DNA of 64,000 nt, taken from contig JBEKBM010000005.1 in NCBI GenBank assembly GCA_050015395.1, positions 1-64,000 of the forward strand. Reading direction: 5' to 3'. A model generated the notes under the pieces. It was not told the DNA's origin. It saw only the letters and a list, made by a program, of their open reading frames with translations, and ran no database searches. Positions 28,925-38,657 of the stretch are shown piece by piece. Source of the DNA: Candidatus Bathyarchaeia archaeon. Lineage in GTDB: Archaea > Thermoproteota > Bathyarchaeia > Bathyarchaeales > Bathycorpusculaceae. The translations under genes and the position numbers were made by a program. Each line of letters opens with the position of its first letter. Positions within the stretch are counted from its first letter, which is position 1.

Positions 28925-29923
28925 CTACTCATTTTTGGGTATTTTCTGCTTCAACAGCAGCAGGCACTGCTTAAGCGTTGGTTCTATCTCGCCAGTGCCG
29001 CTTACTCCCGCCGCCATGGCGTGGCCTCCGCCGGTTCCTTGCAAGTACTCACCTAAAGGCGCCGCGATGTCTGTTCCTAAATTGACACCTGCCTGCTCAG
29101 TGAACTGGCGTGTGCAACGTAGGCTTACCTCTATTTTCCCGTTTTTCTGCCCCGCAACAGCCGACATGTGCGCCCCTAAATCAACTAGGGCTCTAGCTGC
29201 TGGGGCTTGGTAAGCGCTGACATGGGAGAGGGCAATTATCCACTCGTTGATTCTTATGATTTTAGCTCTTTTGCAAGCTTTCAACTTCGCTAAACGCTCA
29301 GAAGAGTCTATTGGTAGAGCAAACTGCGCCAGTGTTTCCTGCACGTCAATTCCTTGAGTTACTAATTTAGCGACGATTTGTAGCGTCGATGAATTTGCCA
29401 AAGCAAAATGTCGCGTATCAAAAGCTATACCAATAAACAAAGCTTTAGCCTCGTTCGGGTCAGGATCAGTTTTGGCTTGCCTGAAAAGCTTATAGATTAT
29501 TTCACAGTTGGCGGCTGCTTTCTCATCTATTATGCATAAGTTGCAGATTTTAGTTGTTTCCGGGTTCTGAGAGTGATGGTCAATAATTACTTTTGGCGCT
29601 GCCGATTTTTTTATTACCGCAGCCACTTGGTCAAACTGTTCAATGGTGTTCGTGTCCAAGAATACGATGACGTCTGCTGATTCAATGTTCGGGTTCAAGT
29701 TAACAGTTATAGGTATATACTCAAGAAGCAGCTTGGAAGGCTTATTGACGCCTTGGGGACATCCAATCTCAGTTATAACATTTGGCATAAACCGCTTAAG
29801 TAAACCCTGCAACGCATAAGCCGAACATATCGCATCAGCATCTGCACTACGATGACACAACAAAAGCACAAAAGCTGCATTGTTATCTTTTAAAATTTTT
29901 ATAAGTTTTTGGAAATCGTTCAT
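28925..29923 (-). CDS. DHH family phosphoesterase
   Basis: H..AD.DA, IIDHH, DT..F, GGGH..AAG. Confidence 0.9.
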   Translation of the reverse strand: MNDFQKLIKILKDNNAAFVLLLCHRSADADAICSAYALQGLLKRFMPNVITEIGCPQGVNKPSKLLLEYIPITVNLNPNIESADVIVFLDTNTIEQFDQVAAVIKKSAAPKVIIDHHSQNPETTKICNLCIIDEKAAANCEIIYKLFRQAKTDPDPNEAKALFIGIAFDTRHFALANSSTLQIVAKLVTQGIDVQETLAQFALPIDSSERLAKLKACKRAKIIRINEWIIALSHVSAYQAPAARALVDLGAHMSAVAGQKNGKIEVSLRCTRQFTEQAGVNLGTDIAAPLGEYLQGTGGGHAMAAGVSGTGEIEPTLKQCLLLLKQKIPKNE

Positions 29924-30213
29924 TTTATTTTTCTCAAGTAGTTTTCACTGGCTTTATATGCTTCATTTATGGCTTCTTTAACCAGCACCTGCGCATCAAT
30001 GTCTTTAGTTGCTGGCGTTAATTCAAGGTCTATTTCTACAGTAACGTTTACTGGTTTTGACCCGGCAGCTTCCACACTAATATCCAGCTTATCAACCATC
30101 TTAGAGTGAACTTTAGAGAGAACGTATTTTCTTGCTGCGTTCTCTGCTGTTGAACATAAAGTTTCTATTTGCTCAGTGGTTAGCTCTGGTATTCCCAGCT
30201 CTACCGCAAGCAT
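29920..30213 (-). CDS. DUF3194 family protein
   Basis: LTTEQIE.L...AE..AR.Y pattern; conserved position between prefoldin-beta and DHH. Confidence 0.7.
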   Translation of the reverse strand: MLAVELGIPELTTEQIETLCSTAENAARKYVLSKVHSKMVDKLDISVEAAGSKPVNVTVEIDLELTPATKDIDAQVLVKEAINEAYKASENYLRKIK

Positions 30214-30219
30214 TCACCT

Positions 30220-30591
30220 CTACGATGATGGCTGAGAAACTGGGCTTAGGTCTTCTTGGAGTTTTGTTTGTGCTTCTTTTATTTGGCTGCGCATTCTTTC
30301 TTCTTGTCTTGCCAGAACAGTGCTTCTTGTATCCAAAAGCTCTTTTCGCTCGACGAGTTCTTCGGTTACTTTCGGCTTCTCTGCTTTAACCAATAATGAA
30401 CCGATTGCCTTGTAAATAACCGCGTCTTCAGCTGTTTTTTGCAGTTCAGCTACTGTCTGTTCTACTTCTGTTTTTTCCATTTCAACCTGCTGTTTCTGTG
30501 CTAAAATTGACTGTAAGGTTTGTTGCAGTTGCTGCAGTCTAAGAAGCCTTTCTTGCACATTAGGCGGTAATCTTGAAAGTTCATCACTCAA
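30220..30591 (-). CDS. pfdB: Prefoldin subunit beta
   Basis: LPPNVQ..L..LQQLQQ, IYKAIGSLLVK, coiled coil. Confidence 0.93.
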   Translation of the reverse strand: MSDELSRLPPNVQERLLRLQQLQQTLQSILAQKQQVEMEKTEVEQTVAELQKTAEDAVIYKAIGSLLVKAEKPKVTEELVERKELLDTRSTVLARQEERMRSQIKEAQTKLQEDLSPVSQPSS

Positions 30592-30845
30592 ATTTTATCC
30601 TTCCGTATCCAGCAATAAGATAAGCTCTTAATTAAGTATTTCCAACAAAGGCAAATGTTAACGCAAGCCTGCCAAATGCCTTTCAAGTTCCAATAGTAAA
30701 CGTGTCTTTGTGGTGTATGCATGTAAAATTGTTTGCAGTTACTATTATACTCTAATGGGTAGGTTTTTTATTGCAATAAAATAAGTAGTTTTATAAGTTA
30801 TATCTAGGGCAGATACTCTATAATCAGGCTTAAGGGAGCTTTTGA

Positions 30846-31925
30846 TTGGAAAAGGAGAGTTTGGATTCAAGTAAGAGGATTGCTATTCCAGACGACCTTA
30901 TTCGCACCTTGGCTATTGCTTTAGTTGTACTGCTTCATGCATCGAATGACACGTTGCAAGTATCTTCTGTGCCATTGGCGTATTGGTGGACCGCAGTTGT
31001 TTACAAAAGCTTAGCTTTGTCGTGTGTTCCATTGTTTGTTCTGTTAAGTGGGGCTCTGTTGCTTCAGCCTGCTAAACTCGATGAGCCTATAAGGGTGTTT
31101 CTTAAGAAACGGTTAAGCCGTATTGGATTGGCTTTTGCTTTTTGGAGCGCAGTTTATCTTGCATGGAGTTTTTACATCACTCAAGTACCAGTAACGTTAA
31201 GCAATGTTGGTCAAGGCATATTATATGACCTGTTCAGTGGTGCTTACTATCAATTTTGGTTTATTTACCTTATAGTTGGCCTTTACTTAATTACTCCAAT
31301 CTTAAGAGTAATAATAGCTAACGGCGACCTGAAGATTATTCGGTACCTAATTTTGCTTTGGTTTGTAGGCGTGGCTATTGTGCCTCTTATCCAATTGGCT
31401 AGTGGTTACACTTTAAACAGCACTGTCTTTGTAATCGGCGGTTGGGTAGGATACTTTGTTTTAGGCTCATACTTGCAGAGGGTAAAGTTGCGGTCTGCCA
31501 TTTTGTACGGTTTATTAATCATAGGTTTTGTTTGGACAATATTTGGCATGTGGCTAATGAATTATCCATTAAACGCCATGGGTCAAAACAACTTCTTTTT
31601 TGGTTACCTAACCGTAAACGTAATCATAGGGTCAGTTGCTTTATTCATGATTCTAATAAAGTTCCATCCAGACTGGCCAGGAAGCAACCACAAAATTACC
31701 AGCCGCATTGCACAAGCAATAAGCAGGAACACTTTACCTATTTTCCTGTTTCATGTAATAATTTTAGAATCATTTGAAAGAGGCTTCTTTGGCTTCACAT
31801 TAAGCGTTACAACACTAAATCCAATTGTTGAAATTCCATTAATCACAGTTCTAACGCTTTTCATCACACTTGGCTTAGTCCTATTAATGCGAAAAGTACC
31901 GGTCTTGAAAAAACTGATCGGCTAA
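30846..31925 (+). CDS. Acyltransferase family 3 membrane protein (O-acetyltransferase-like)
   Basis: D.IR..AI.LVV.LH, CVPLFVLLSG, WFIY.I.GLY, GYF.LG, IFLFH. Confidence 0.88.
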   Translation: MEKESLDSSKRIAIPDDLIRTLAIALVVLLHASNDTLQVSSVPLAYWWTAVVYKSLALSCVPLFVLLSGALLLQPAKLDEPIRVFLKKRLSRIGLAFAFWSAVYLAWSFYITQVPVTLSNVGQGILYDLFSGAYYQFWFIYLIVGLYLITPILRVIIANGDLKIIRYLILLWFVGVAIVPLIQLASGYTLNSTVFVIGGWVGYFVLGSYLQRVKLRSAILYGLLIIGFVWTIFGMWLMNYPLNAMGQNNFFFGYLTVNVIIGSVALFMILIKFHPDWPGSNHKITSRIAQAISRNTLPIFLFHVIILESFERGFFGFTLSVTTLNPIVEIPLITVLTLFITLGLVLLMRKVPVLKKLIG

Positions 31926-31939
31926 AGTATGGTAAACCC

Positions 31940-32632
31940 TTATGTGGAATCGGAATTGATGGCCTTATAAATTATATTAGCAATTATTTGTGCGCCCTCG
32001 CTATTAGGGTGGACGCCGTCTGGGAAATACTCAGGATGGTTGATTAGGGGTGTGTAAACATTTATAATAGGCAAGCCTAGCGTGCTTGCTACTTGTTCTA
32101 TTCGGGGAATTACTCCTTTCGCAAAACTAGTACCGTTCAAATTAAGCGTATTGTTAAAGATTGGAGGCGGCTCCACCAGAAAAATTTGCGGTTTACTATT
32201 CAGTGCTTGGATGCTATTTATTATTCTCTCGTAATCAGCGACGAAATTGTTGATTTTTTGATAAGTGTCTGTTCGGGCATCGTTTGTTCCAAGCATTATA
32301 ATGACGATTGTAGGCTCAAAGATCTTAGCATCTTGGAATGCGGGTTCAAAATAGTATGATACATCAGTGTAGAAATTTACTGTTGCCCCGCTAACACCAA
32401 AGTTACCCACAATCGAATTACTGCCAAGCAACATCTGTAGATCAGCTGGATAACCAGTATTTTCAGTGATGCTGTCACCAAGACAAGCAACACGAGCTAA
32501 TTTACCATCAGCGCTGGTGCCTGCACGATTTTCTGAAAAAACTGCAATTAAGCTTAATGCTATCACTAGAATAGCTATGCTAACTGCCAAGATTGTCTTT
32601 CTTTTTGGTTTCATTGGTGAATTCTTCGACAC
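31940..32632 (-). CDS. Membrane-anchored SGNH/GDSL esterase
   Basis: N-terminal TM, GDSIT, NFGVSG, LGTND, DGVHP. Confidence 0.9.
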   Translation of the reverse strand: MSKNSPMKPKRKTILAVSIAILVIALSLIAVFSENRAGTSADGKLARVACLGDSITENTGYPADLQMLLGSNSIVGNFGVSGATVNFYTDVSYYFEPAFQDAKIFEPTIVIIMLGTNDARTDTYQKINNFVADYERIINSIQALNSKPQIFLVEPPPIFNNTLNLNGTSFAKGVIPRIEQVASTLGLPIINVYTPLINHPEYFPDGVHPNSEGAQIIANIIYKAINSDST

Positions 32633-32909
32633 AAGCGGTTTATTGACCTAATGATTGAGTCAACTGAAAGTTGGTACATAGAAGTTCTTTTGCTTTACGG
32701 TTTCCAAGCAAAAATTTAGGTTCCCAAAATAAACGCGGAAATCGGTTTGTATACTGCGGCAGTTATAACCTTGGCGGCTCATTTTTTCTGACTGTATTTT
32801 TAGGCATAACTCATTGTTTTAAGATTTTTTCCCAAGAAAACTGAAAAGATTCTTTTGTCAAGTTTTTTAAGCAGTCCAAACATTAAACAAACCTTGAAGG
32901 AGAAAGTAA

Positions 32910-33281
32910 GTGGAACGCGCCAAAGTCACAAAGGAAGAGTTACTTGAAAAAGACACGCGTTTTCTAGCCGTTTATGTGGAAGCAAAAAATTCATGCATGA
33001 TAATGCTTAGCGAAAAAGAAGATAAGCTTGGAACCTTGGCAATCGCCGTTCCCAAACCCAAAGACATGGTTGGCACAGCTACCTCATCAGTGCTTTTAGG
33101 AGACAAGAACGTTATTTCAGCGAGAATGTTCGCTGAGTATGTGGCTTCTAAGAAGGGAAAAATAGCCCTCGTTTCAGTTTATCTAGACAAACTTGACGAA
33201 ATGCAAGCACAAGCATTCTTCATGCACCTCATCGAAAAACTAATTCAAGCTGAAAGCCAAAAGGAGCCCGCTGCAACCTAA
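32910..33281 (+). CDS. Proteasome assembly chaperone 4 (PAC4)-like protein
   Basis: LGTLAIAVP...SSVLLGD.....AE..A.KKGK.ALVS resembles eukaryotic PSMG4 (LAVAM...STSLLGD...LA.RLA.K..K.VFVS). Confidence 0.6.
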   Translation: MERAKVTKEELLEKDTRFLAVYVEAKNSCMIMLSEKEDKLGTLAIAVPKPKDMVGTATSSVLLGDKNVISARMFAEYVASKKGKIALVSVYLDKLDEMQAQAFFMHLIEKLIQAESQKEPAAT

Positions 33282-33310
33282 ACCTTTAACTCTAATTATG
33301 TGCCAAAATT

Positions 33311-33817
33311 ATGGAACCTGAAATGATTAGCAAACTTACAACTAGCGATTTTCAAGCAATCCTAACCGTGGTGAACGATGCCGCCATCGCCTATAAAGGC
33401 AAGATTCCCAGCGATAAGTGGAAAGAACCTTACATGCGAGCGCAAGAGCTTAAAGAAGAAATCCAAAGAGGAGTACAATTTTGCGGCTTGAAACACAACA
33501 ATGTTTTGGTTGCCGTGATGGGAATTCAACCCGCCAACAATGTTACTTTAATCAGGCATGCCTACGTGTTGACAAGTTATCAGCGAAAAGGATATGGAGA
33601 AAAACTACTCAAACATCTACTCGCCTTAGCCGGAACCTCCACGGTTTACGTGGGAACATGGGAAGCAGCAACCTGGGCAATAAAATTTTATCAAAGAAAC
33701 GGATTCAAACTGGTTTCAACAGAGGAAAAGAATAAACTCTTAAAGAAATACTGGAGCATTCCAGAACGACAAGTTGAAACATCGGTAGTACTTGAACTAA
33801 AAGGGCAACTCCAATGA
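33311..33817 (+). CDS. GNAT N-acetyltransferase
   Basis: HAYV...QRKGYG, WAIKFYQRNGF. Confidence 0.88.
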   Translation: MEPEMISKLTTSDFQAILTVVNDAAIAYKGKIPSDKWKEPYMRAQELKEEIQRGVQFCGLKHNNVLVAVMGIQPANNVTLIRHAYVLTSYQRKGYGEKLLKHLLALAGTSTVYVGTWEAATWAIKFYQRNGFKLVSTEEKNKLLKKYWSIPERQVETSVVLELKGQLQ

Positions 33818-34875
33818 AAGAAACACTCCTCTTAAAAGTTGATTCCGAAAACCCAGATCAAGCTAAAATCCAAATTGCCGCACAAATTATCCAAAAAGGC
33901 GGATTAGTGGCTTTTCCAACAGAGACAGTTTACGGTTTAGGTGCAGACGCACTGAATCCAGACGCTGTCTTGGCACTTTTTGAAGCTAAAAAGAGACCCT
34001 TAGATAACCCGCCAATTATCCACGTAGCAAATGCGAGCGAAGTCTACAAACTAGTACAAGAAGTCCCAGAGAAAGCTGAGTTGCTGATGAAAAAGTTTTG
34101 GCCAGGACCATTAACTCTCGTTTTCAAGCGCTCAAGCATAGTACCCAACGTGACAGTTGCAGGCTTAGACACCGTTGCAATTCGCATGCCAAAACACAAA
34201 GTCGCCTTGGCATTAATTAAACAAAGCAGTCTTCCCATCGCTGCTCCGAGCGCAAATCTTGCAGGCAAACCTAGTCCAACAACCGCTAAACATGTTTATG
34301 AAGACCTTAACGGAAGAATCGACGTCATCCTCGACGGTGGAGCCACAAGTATCGGTGTTGAATCCACTGTTGTAGACTTAACTGTTGATCCACCTGTGGT
34401 TCTTCGTCCAGGAGGAACATCTTTTGAAGCATTAAAGAAAGTCCTCGGTGACGTGAGACTTCACCCCTTTGTTCAAGCTGAAGAGGAATTGCCGCTGGAA
34501 AAAATAAGGTCTCCTGGAATGAAACATAGGCATTATGCGCCTAAAGCAGAGGTTATTCTTGTTGAAGGTGCAGTTGCCGCCGTCACAAGCAAAATAAAAG
34601 AGCTGTCAGAATCTTACAGGCTTAAAGGCGCAAAAGTAGGCATCTTAGCCACTGATGAAACACAAGCCGCCTACAAAGCAGACGTGGTTAAGTCTCTTGG
34701 TAGCCGCTTTAACTTGGCAGTTGTTGCCCAAAACCTATTCCGTTTATTGAGAGAAGTTGACGCAGAAAACGTTGACGTTATAATTGCTGAAGGCGTATCT
34801 TCCGAAGGAATAGGCTTAGCCATCATGAATAGGTTACGTAAAGCGTCAGGTTACCACATTATCAAAGCAGAATAG
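33814..34875 (+). CDS. sua5: L-threonylcarbamoyladenylate synthase Sua5
   Basis: AFPTETVYGLG, KKRP.DNP.I.H, WPGPLT, APSAN, PGMKHRHYAP, C-terminal SUA5 domain. Confidence 0.95.
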   Translation: MKETLLLKVDSENPDQAKIQIAAQIIQKGGLVAFPTETVYGLGADALNPDAVLALFEAKKRPLDNPPIIHVANASEVYKLVQEVPEKAELLMKKFWPGPLTLVFKRSSIVPNVTVAGLDTVAIRMPKHKVALALIKQSSLPIAAPSANLAGKPSPTTAKHVYEDLNGRIDVILDGGATSIGVESTVVDLTVDPPVVLRPGGTSFEALKKVLGDVRLHPFVQAEEELPLEKIRSPGMKHRHYAPKAEVILVEGAVAAVTSKIKELSESYRLKGAKVGILATDETQAAYKADVVKSLGSRFNLAVVAQNLFRLLREVDAENVDVIIAEGVSSEGIGLAIMNRLRKASGYHIIKAE

Positions 34876-34882
34876 CATTGGA

Positions 34883-35782
34883 TTATCTGTGGATGAGCGA
34901 GAGAAGGTTATCCAAACTTATTGTGGCTACACAAAGAACGCTGTCAGCTGCACCATAATAAACAAAAAGACGATTATCCAAAATTACGTTACCACAACTA
35001 AAAACAACGTTGGGAACTTTGCCGAATCGTTCATAATCTTCTTTCGGAGCCAAAACGTGCTCTTTCGAGCGGTAAAGAACATGTTCAGGATGATCCCGAT
35101 CAAGCAAAGCAATGCCTAAAGAATACATCCGTTCCACGCTTACCCCGTGGTAAATTACCAGCCATCCTTCATTAATTTTTATTGGCGGGCCAGCTACTCC
35201 AATTTTCCAGTTATCCCAGCCGACAGGTTGCGGATTCATTACTGACGTCATATCACACCAATGTATCAAATCATCTGAGTATGCTATGCAAAGGTCAGGA
35301 TCAATGCGATGGAGCATAACATATTTGCTGTTAATCTTTTGAGGAAAAATGACGCCGTCTTTATTTCGGATGCCTGGAAAAGGTAGCTTGCGGGTTCCCC
35401 ATTTCCACTGTCTATTGATAAAATCTTCTTTAGTAATTGTTGTTAAAGCGATTTGGTACACTTGCAAGTGGTTGTATTCTCTAAGTGCAGTGTAAGTCAT
35501 TGCAAGCTGTCCTTCTACTTCGCTTAATCGTGGGTCTTCACACCCATCCTTTTCGTTGTCAGCTGCTGGTTCAAACACTGGCTTTTCGAAACGTTCTTTT
35601 ATAGTGTAGCCGTCGAGTGATGTGGCGTAGCCGATTCTTGAAATATTGTCATTGCCTAGTGCCCTGTAGAGAAGGTGTACTTTGCCATCAAGGTAAATTG
35701 CCGCTGCATTGAATACTTCTCTTGACTCCCAAGCATGCTCTTCTACTGGAAGTAAAATGGGATTATCTGAAAAACGTTCCAT
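34883..35782 (-). CDS. Glycoside hydrolase family 130 (beta-mannoside phosphorylase/hydrolase-like)
   Basis: NPIL, VFNAAA, GCEDPR, NKD, YHGV, VPNVVFSCG, YYG.AD. Confidence 0.9.
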   Translation of the reverse strand: MERFSDNPILLPVEEHAWESREVFNAAAIYLDGKVHLLYRALGNDNISRIGYATSLDGYTIKERFEKPVFEPAADNEKDGCEDPRLSEVEGQLAMTYTALREYNHLQVYQIALTTITKEDFINRQWKWGTRKLPFPGIRNKDGVIFPQKINSKYVMLHRIDPDLCIAYSDDLIHWCDMTSVMNPQPVGWDNWKIGVAGPPIKINEGWLVIYHGVSVERMYSLGIALLDRDHPEHVLYRSKEHVLAPKEDYERFGKVPNVVFSCGNVILDNRLFVYYGAADSVLCVATISLDNLLSLIHR

Positions 35783-35791
35783 AGAAAGTTC

Positions 35792-36205
35792 CTAAGTAGA
35801 ACTCGGTATGGGCGTTTTTACTCCGTGGATTTCATCCAAGAAAGCTCTCAACGAAAAAAGCCCAATCAACTTTCCTGTTTCGTCTGTTACTGGCAAGTGC
35901 CTTATATTGTGAGAGAGCATTAGTCTTTTTGCTTCATCGTAGGAAGCTTCAAGCGATACTGTAACCACATTTCTGCTCATTACATTACTCAACGGTTGGT
36001 CAAGCGAAGCCTTTTGAGCAAAAATACGGATTGCATCACGCTCGGTAAATATCCCTACACATTTTTGCTCGTCATCAACGATAACTATTGATCCAACATG
36101 TCTCTCGTTAAGCAGCTGAACAGCGTGATGTATTAGAGTATCCCCTTTTGCGGTAACTATTTTTTTGCACATTATATCTCGTATTTTAAGCATAGGTTTA
36201 CACAT
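35792..36205 (-). CDS. CBS domain pair protein
   Basis: GIFTERD, IRHLPV, GKLIG. Confidence 0.88.
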   Translation of the reverse strand: MCKPMLKIRDIMCKKIVTAKGDTLIHHAVQLLNERHVGSIVIVDDEQKCVGIFTERDAIRIFAQKASLDQPLSNVMSRNVVTVSLEASYDEAKRLMLSHNIRHLPVTDETGKLIGLFSLRAFLDEIHGVKTPIPSST

Positions 36206-36260
36206 CTTTTCACCGTAAAACAGTTAATGCCCAAAGGGGTTTTAGCAATCTCATTGTTGA

Positions 36261-37319
36261 TTAAGCCCTCTTTCGCTTCCAGATTCCTCGTTTTAATTCC
36301 TCCAGTTTCAAACGTGCCAAAAGATAGGAAATTGACGATTCAGCCCCTTGGTTCATATTTACCTTTTCAGGCCCTAAGCCATCAAAGCATCCGGCTGTCT
36401 CTGGGCTATACATCAGTACTTTGCGGCTGTTTCTTCCTAAAAACCATTCAAATGCCGTGTTAGCGATTTGCAGATATCTCTTATCTTTTGTCGCGTAAAA
36501 AGCATCAATAGCGGCTTCGACCATAGCTGCGGCTTCTAAGGGTTGCTGATCATAAAGTGCTCGTTTTTCACCCCGTTTATACCAGCCGTCATTTCCTATT
36601 GGCACAAAAACGTCATTTATCATTTGAGTTTTAAGCAGAAAAGCCATTGATTCTTTGGCTACATCTAGGTATTTTTGTTTGCCAACTGTGCTGTATGCTT
36701 CGAAAAGGGCTTGAGACAACCTAGCGTTATCATAAGTTAAGGAAGGCTCAAACCAGTGCCAATCATCTTTAACTTCATCTTGGTAATGCTTAATGAGGCT
36801 ATCAGCTAACTTTTCCATATTAACCTTCAAGTTATTATCTTGATTAGCTTGGTAATATTGAGAGAGTCCCAAAATTGTGGAAGCATAGAATCTGAGTGAT
36901 ATTGGCTTCCAAACCCACGGTAAATCTTTATCGAAAACGTCCTTAGCAACCATTTTCATATACTTAGGCAAAGTAGAGTTAATTGCGCATCCGCAAGCCC
37001 AAAGGGCACGACCCATAGAATCCTCCGAGCAGTCTGCATCTTGAAAAGTGCGTTCGTAACTCAAATAATTATGAAAGTTGCCGTCAGGTTTTTGCATATG
37101 GTTAAGAAATGCTAAGTAAACATTTGCCCGAGCTTCAGTCATAGGTTCCTTTTTTAAACGATGGTACATTGTGCAAACGATCAATGCGCGAGCATTGTCA
37201 TCTGTTGTGTAGCCTTCGTTTCTTTTTGGAACACAAAATTTGGCATGTTGGAAAACGCCTGTGTCGTCAGTTAACGTTTCAAGGTAGTCCAGCTTTATGG
37301 GTGGAAGGTGGATGGCCAT
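36261..37319 (-). CDS. Six-hairpin glycosidase-like protein (usually the C-terminal half of GT4 fusions)
   Basis: LTDDTG.FQH, GYTTDDNARAL, WFE..LTYDNA, FDQQP-like YDQQP, DGL, NQGAES. Confidence 0.82.
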   Translation of the reverse strand: MAIHLPPIKLDYLETLTDDTGVFQHAKFCVPKRNEGYTTDDNARALIVCTMYHRLKKEPMTEARANVYLAFLNHMQKPDGNFHNYLSYERTFQDADCSEDSMGRALWACGCAINSTLPKYMKMVAKDVFDKDLPWVWKPISLRFYASTILGLSQYYQANQDNNLKVNMEKLADSLIKHYQDEVKDDWHWFEPSLTYDNARLSQALFEAYSTVGKQKYLDVAKESMAFLLKTQMINDVFVPIGNDGWYKRGEKRALYDQQPLEAAAMVEAAIDAFYATKDKRYLQIANTAFEWFLGRNSRKVLMYSPETAGCFDGLGPEKVNMNQGAESSISYLLARLKLEELKRGIWKRKRA

Positions 37320-38509
37320 TCCTCCTTAGATTGCCTAGTTAGCTCATCAAAGAGAGTGAGATATTTTTTGGCGACTAAAGGCCAAGTAAACTTTCTACTG
37401 TATTTGTAGGCTTTATGCTCCAAAGACTCTCGAAGCGGTTTGTTCGCAATTATTTCTGTGACTCTCTCAGCTATGGAGGCTGAATCATTAAAACCGCAAA
37501 AGACGCCTCGGCCTTCACCTAAAGCCTCTTTAGCATGCAGATAAGGCGTTGACACAACTGCTTTACCTGCACCTAACGCATAAGATAAGGTGCCGCTGCT
37601 GACTTGGTTGGGCGAAAGATACGGTGTAATATACACGTCGGTTGCCAGCAAATAATTCAGCAATTCCAGCTTTGAGAGAAAACGGTTCAGAAATCTCACG
37701 TAGCCGCGGAGCCCAAGGTTTTTAACCATTCGCATTAGCATGTTTCGGTATGCTTCGCCGTCTGTTTTTTTTACTTGAGGATGGGTAACGCCTAGAACAT
37801 AGTAAACTATTCTGGGTTCTCTTTTAATTACCTCTGGGAGCGCTTGAATAGCATACTCGATTCCTTTGCCCTTGCTTAAAAGCCCAAAAGTTGACAATAC
37901 AACCCTGTTTTTTAAACCAAGAAAAGGCTTTACCTTTGAGCTAGGAACTAAAGGAACATCAGGGCAGCCGTGTGGAATTAACTTTAATTTTTTCTCGGGA
38001 ACGCCATATTGTTTGACTAGTGAACGCGTAGTTTTATTTAACACTACAATGGCTGAACTGCGATCAACAATTTTATTAAAAACTTCTTTTGCTTTAGGCT
38101 CAAAATTAGGAAGAACAGTGTGAAGTGTTGTTGCCACTGGCTTTTTCAGCTTGTTTAGGAAATTACAAATATATTCGCCGCATTCCCCGCCGAAGATTCC
38201 GAATTCATGTTGAATGTTCACTACGTTAACGGACGAGTGGTTGAGAAAATCAGCCATTAATAGGTAATCCTCAACGAAATCACGACCAATCTTATGCTGA
38301 ACCCCTCCATAAACGGGCTTGAAAAGTTGGCGTCCGTCAATAGAAATAACTCTTTGATCTTTTAATTTATGTAATTGGCTAATGGAGTTTACTAGGTCCG
38401 CTGTAAAAGTTGCGATTCCACATTTTCTTGGTGGAAAAGTGCTAACATAGGCAACTTCTTTAACGCTAGTCAATAAAGGGGTGCCTAGAACAGACTTTGC
38501 CAACAACAA
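37295..38509 (-). CDS. Glycosyltransferase family 4 (mannosyltransferase-like)
   Basis: PPRKCGIATF, IQHEFGIFGG, FGLLS.GKGIE, SSGTL.YA.G.GK.VVSTPY. Confidence 0.9.
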   Translation of the reverse strand: MLLAKSVLGTPLLTSVKEVAYVSTFPPRKCGIATFTADLVNSISQLHKLKDQRVISIDGRQLFKPVYGGVQHKIGRDFVEDYLLMADFLNHSSVNVVNIQHEFGIFGGECGEYICNFLNKLKKPVATTLHTVLPNFEPKAKEVFNKIVDRSSAIVVLNKTTRSLVKQYGVPEKKLKLIPHGCPDVPLVPSSKVKPFLGLKNRVVLSTFGLLSKGKGIEYAIQALPEVIKREPRIVYYVLGVTHPQVKKTDGEAYRNMLMRMVKNLGLRGYVRFLNRFLSKLELLNYLLATDVYITPYLSPNQVSSGTLSYALGAGKAVVSTPYLHAKEALGEGRGVFCGFNDSASIAERVTEIIANKPLRESLEHKAYKYSRKFTWPLVAKKYLTLFDELTRQSKEEWPSTFHP

Positions 38510-38550
38510 ATCACGTCATATATTGAGGCTTTGGCTGTCTTTAAGCACAT

Positions 38551-38572
38551 GTGATTGCATAGTTACAGTCAC
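38551..38572. promoter_or_regulatory. 22-bp imperfect palindrome, site A (GTGATTGCATAGTTACAGTCAC), 6 nt before TTAAAG on the minus strand
   Basis: Inverted repeat; same motif and spacing at 39629 and 53512. Confidence 0.65.
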
Positions 38573-38657
38573 AAGCTCGTTTTTTGACATACTTTTACAT
38601 GAGGTTTATATGTTACCATGATGATGATTTTTTTCGAGGGAGAGAGGGGGATTATCA

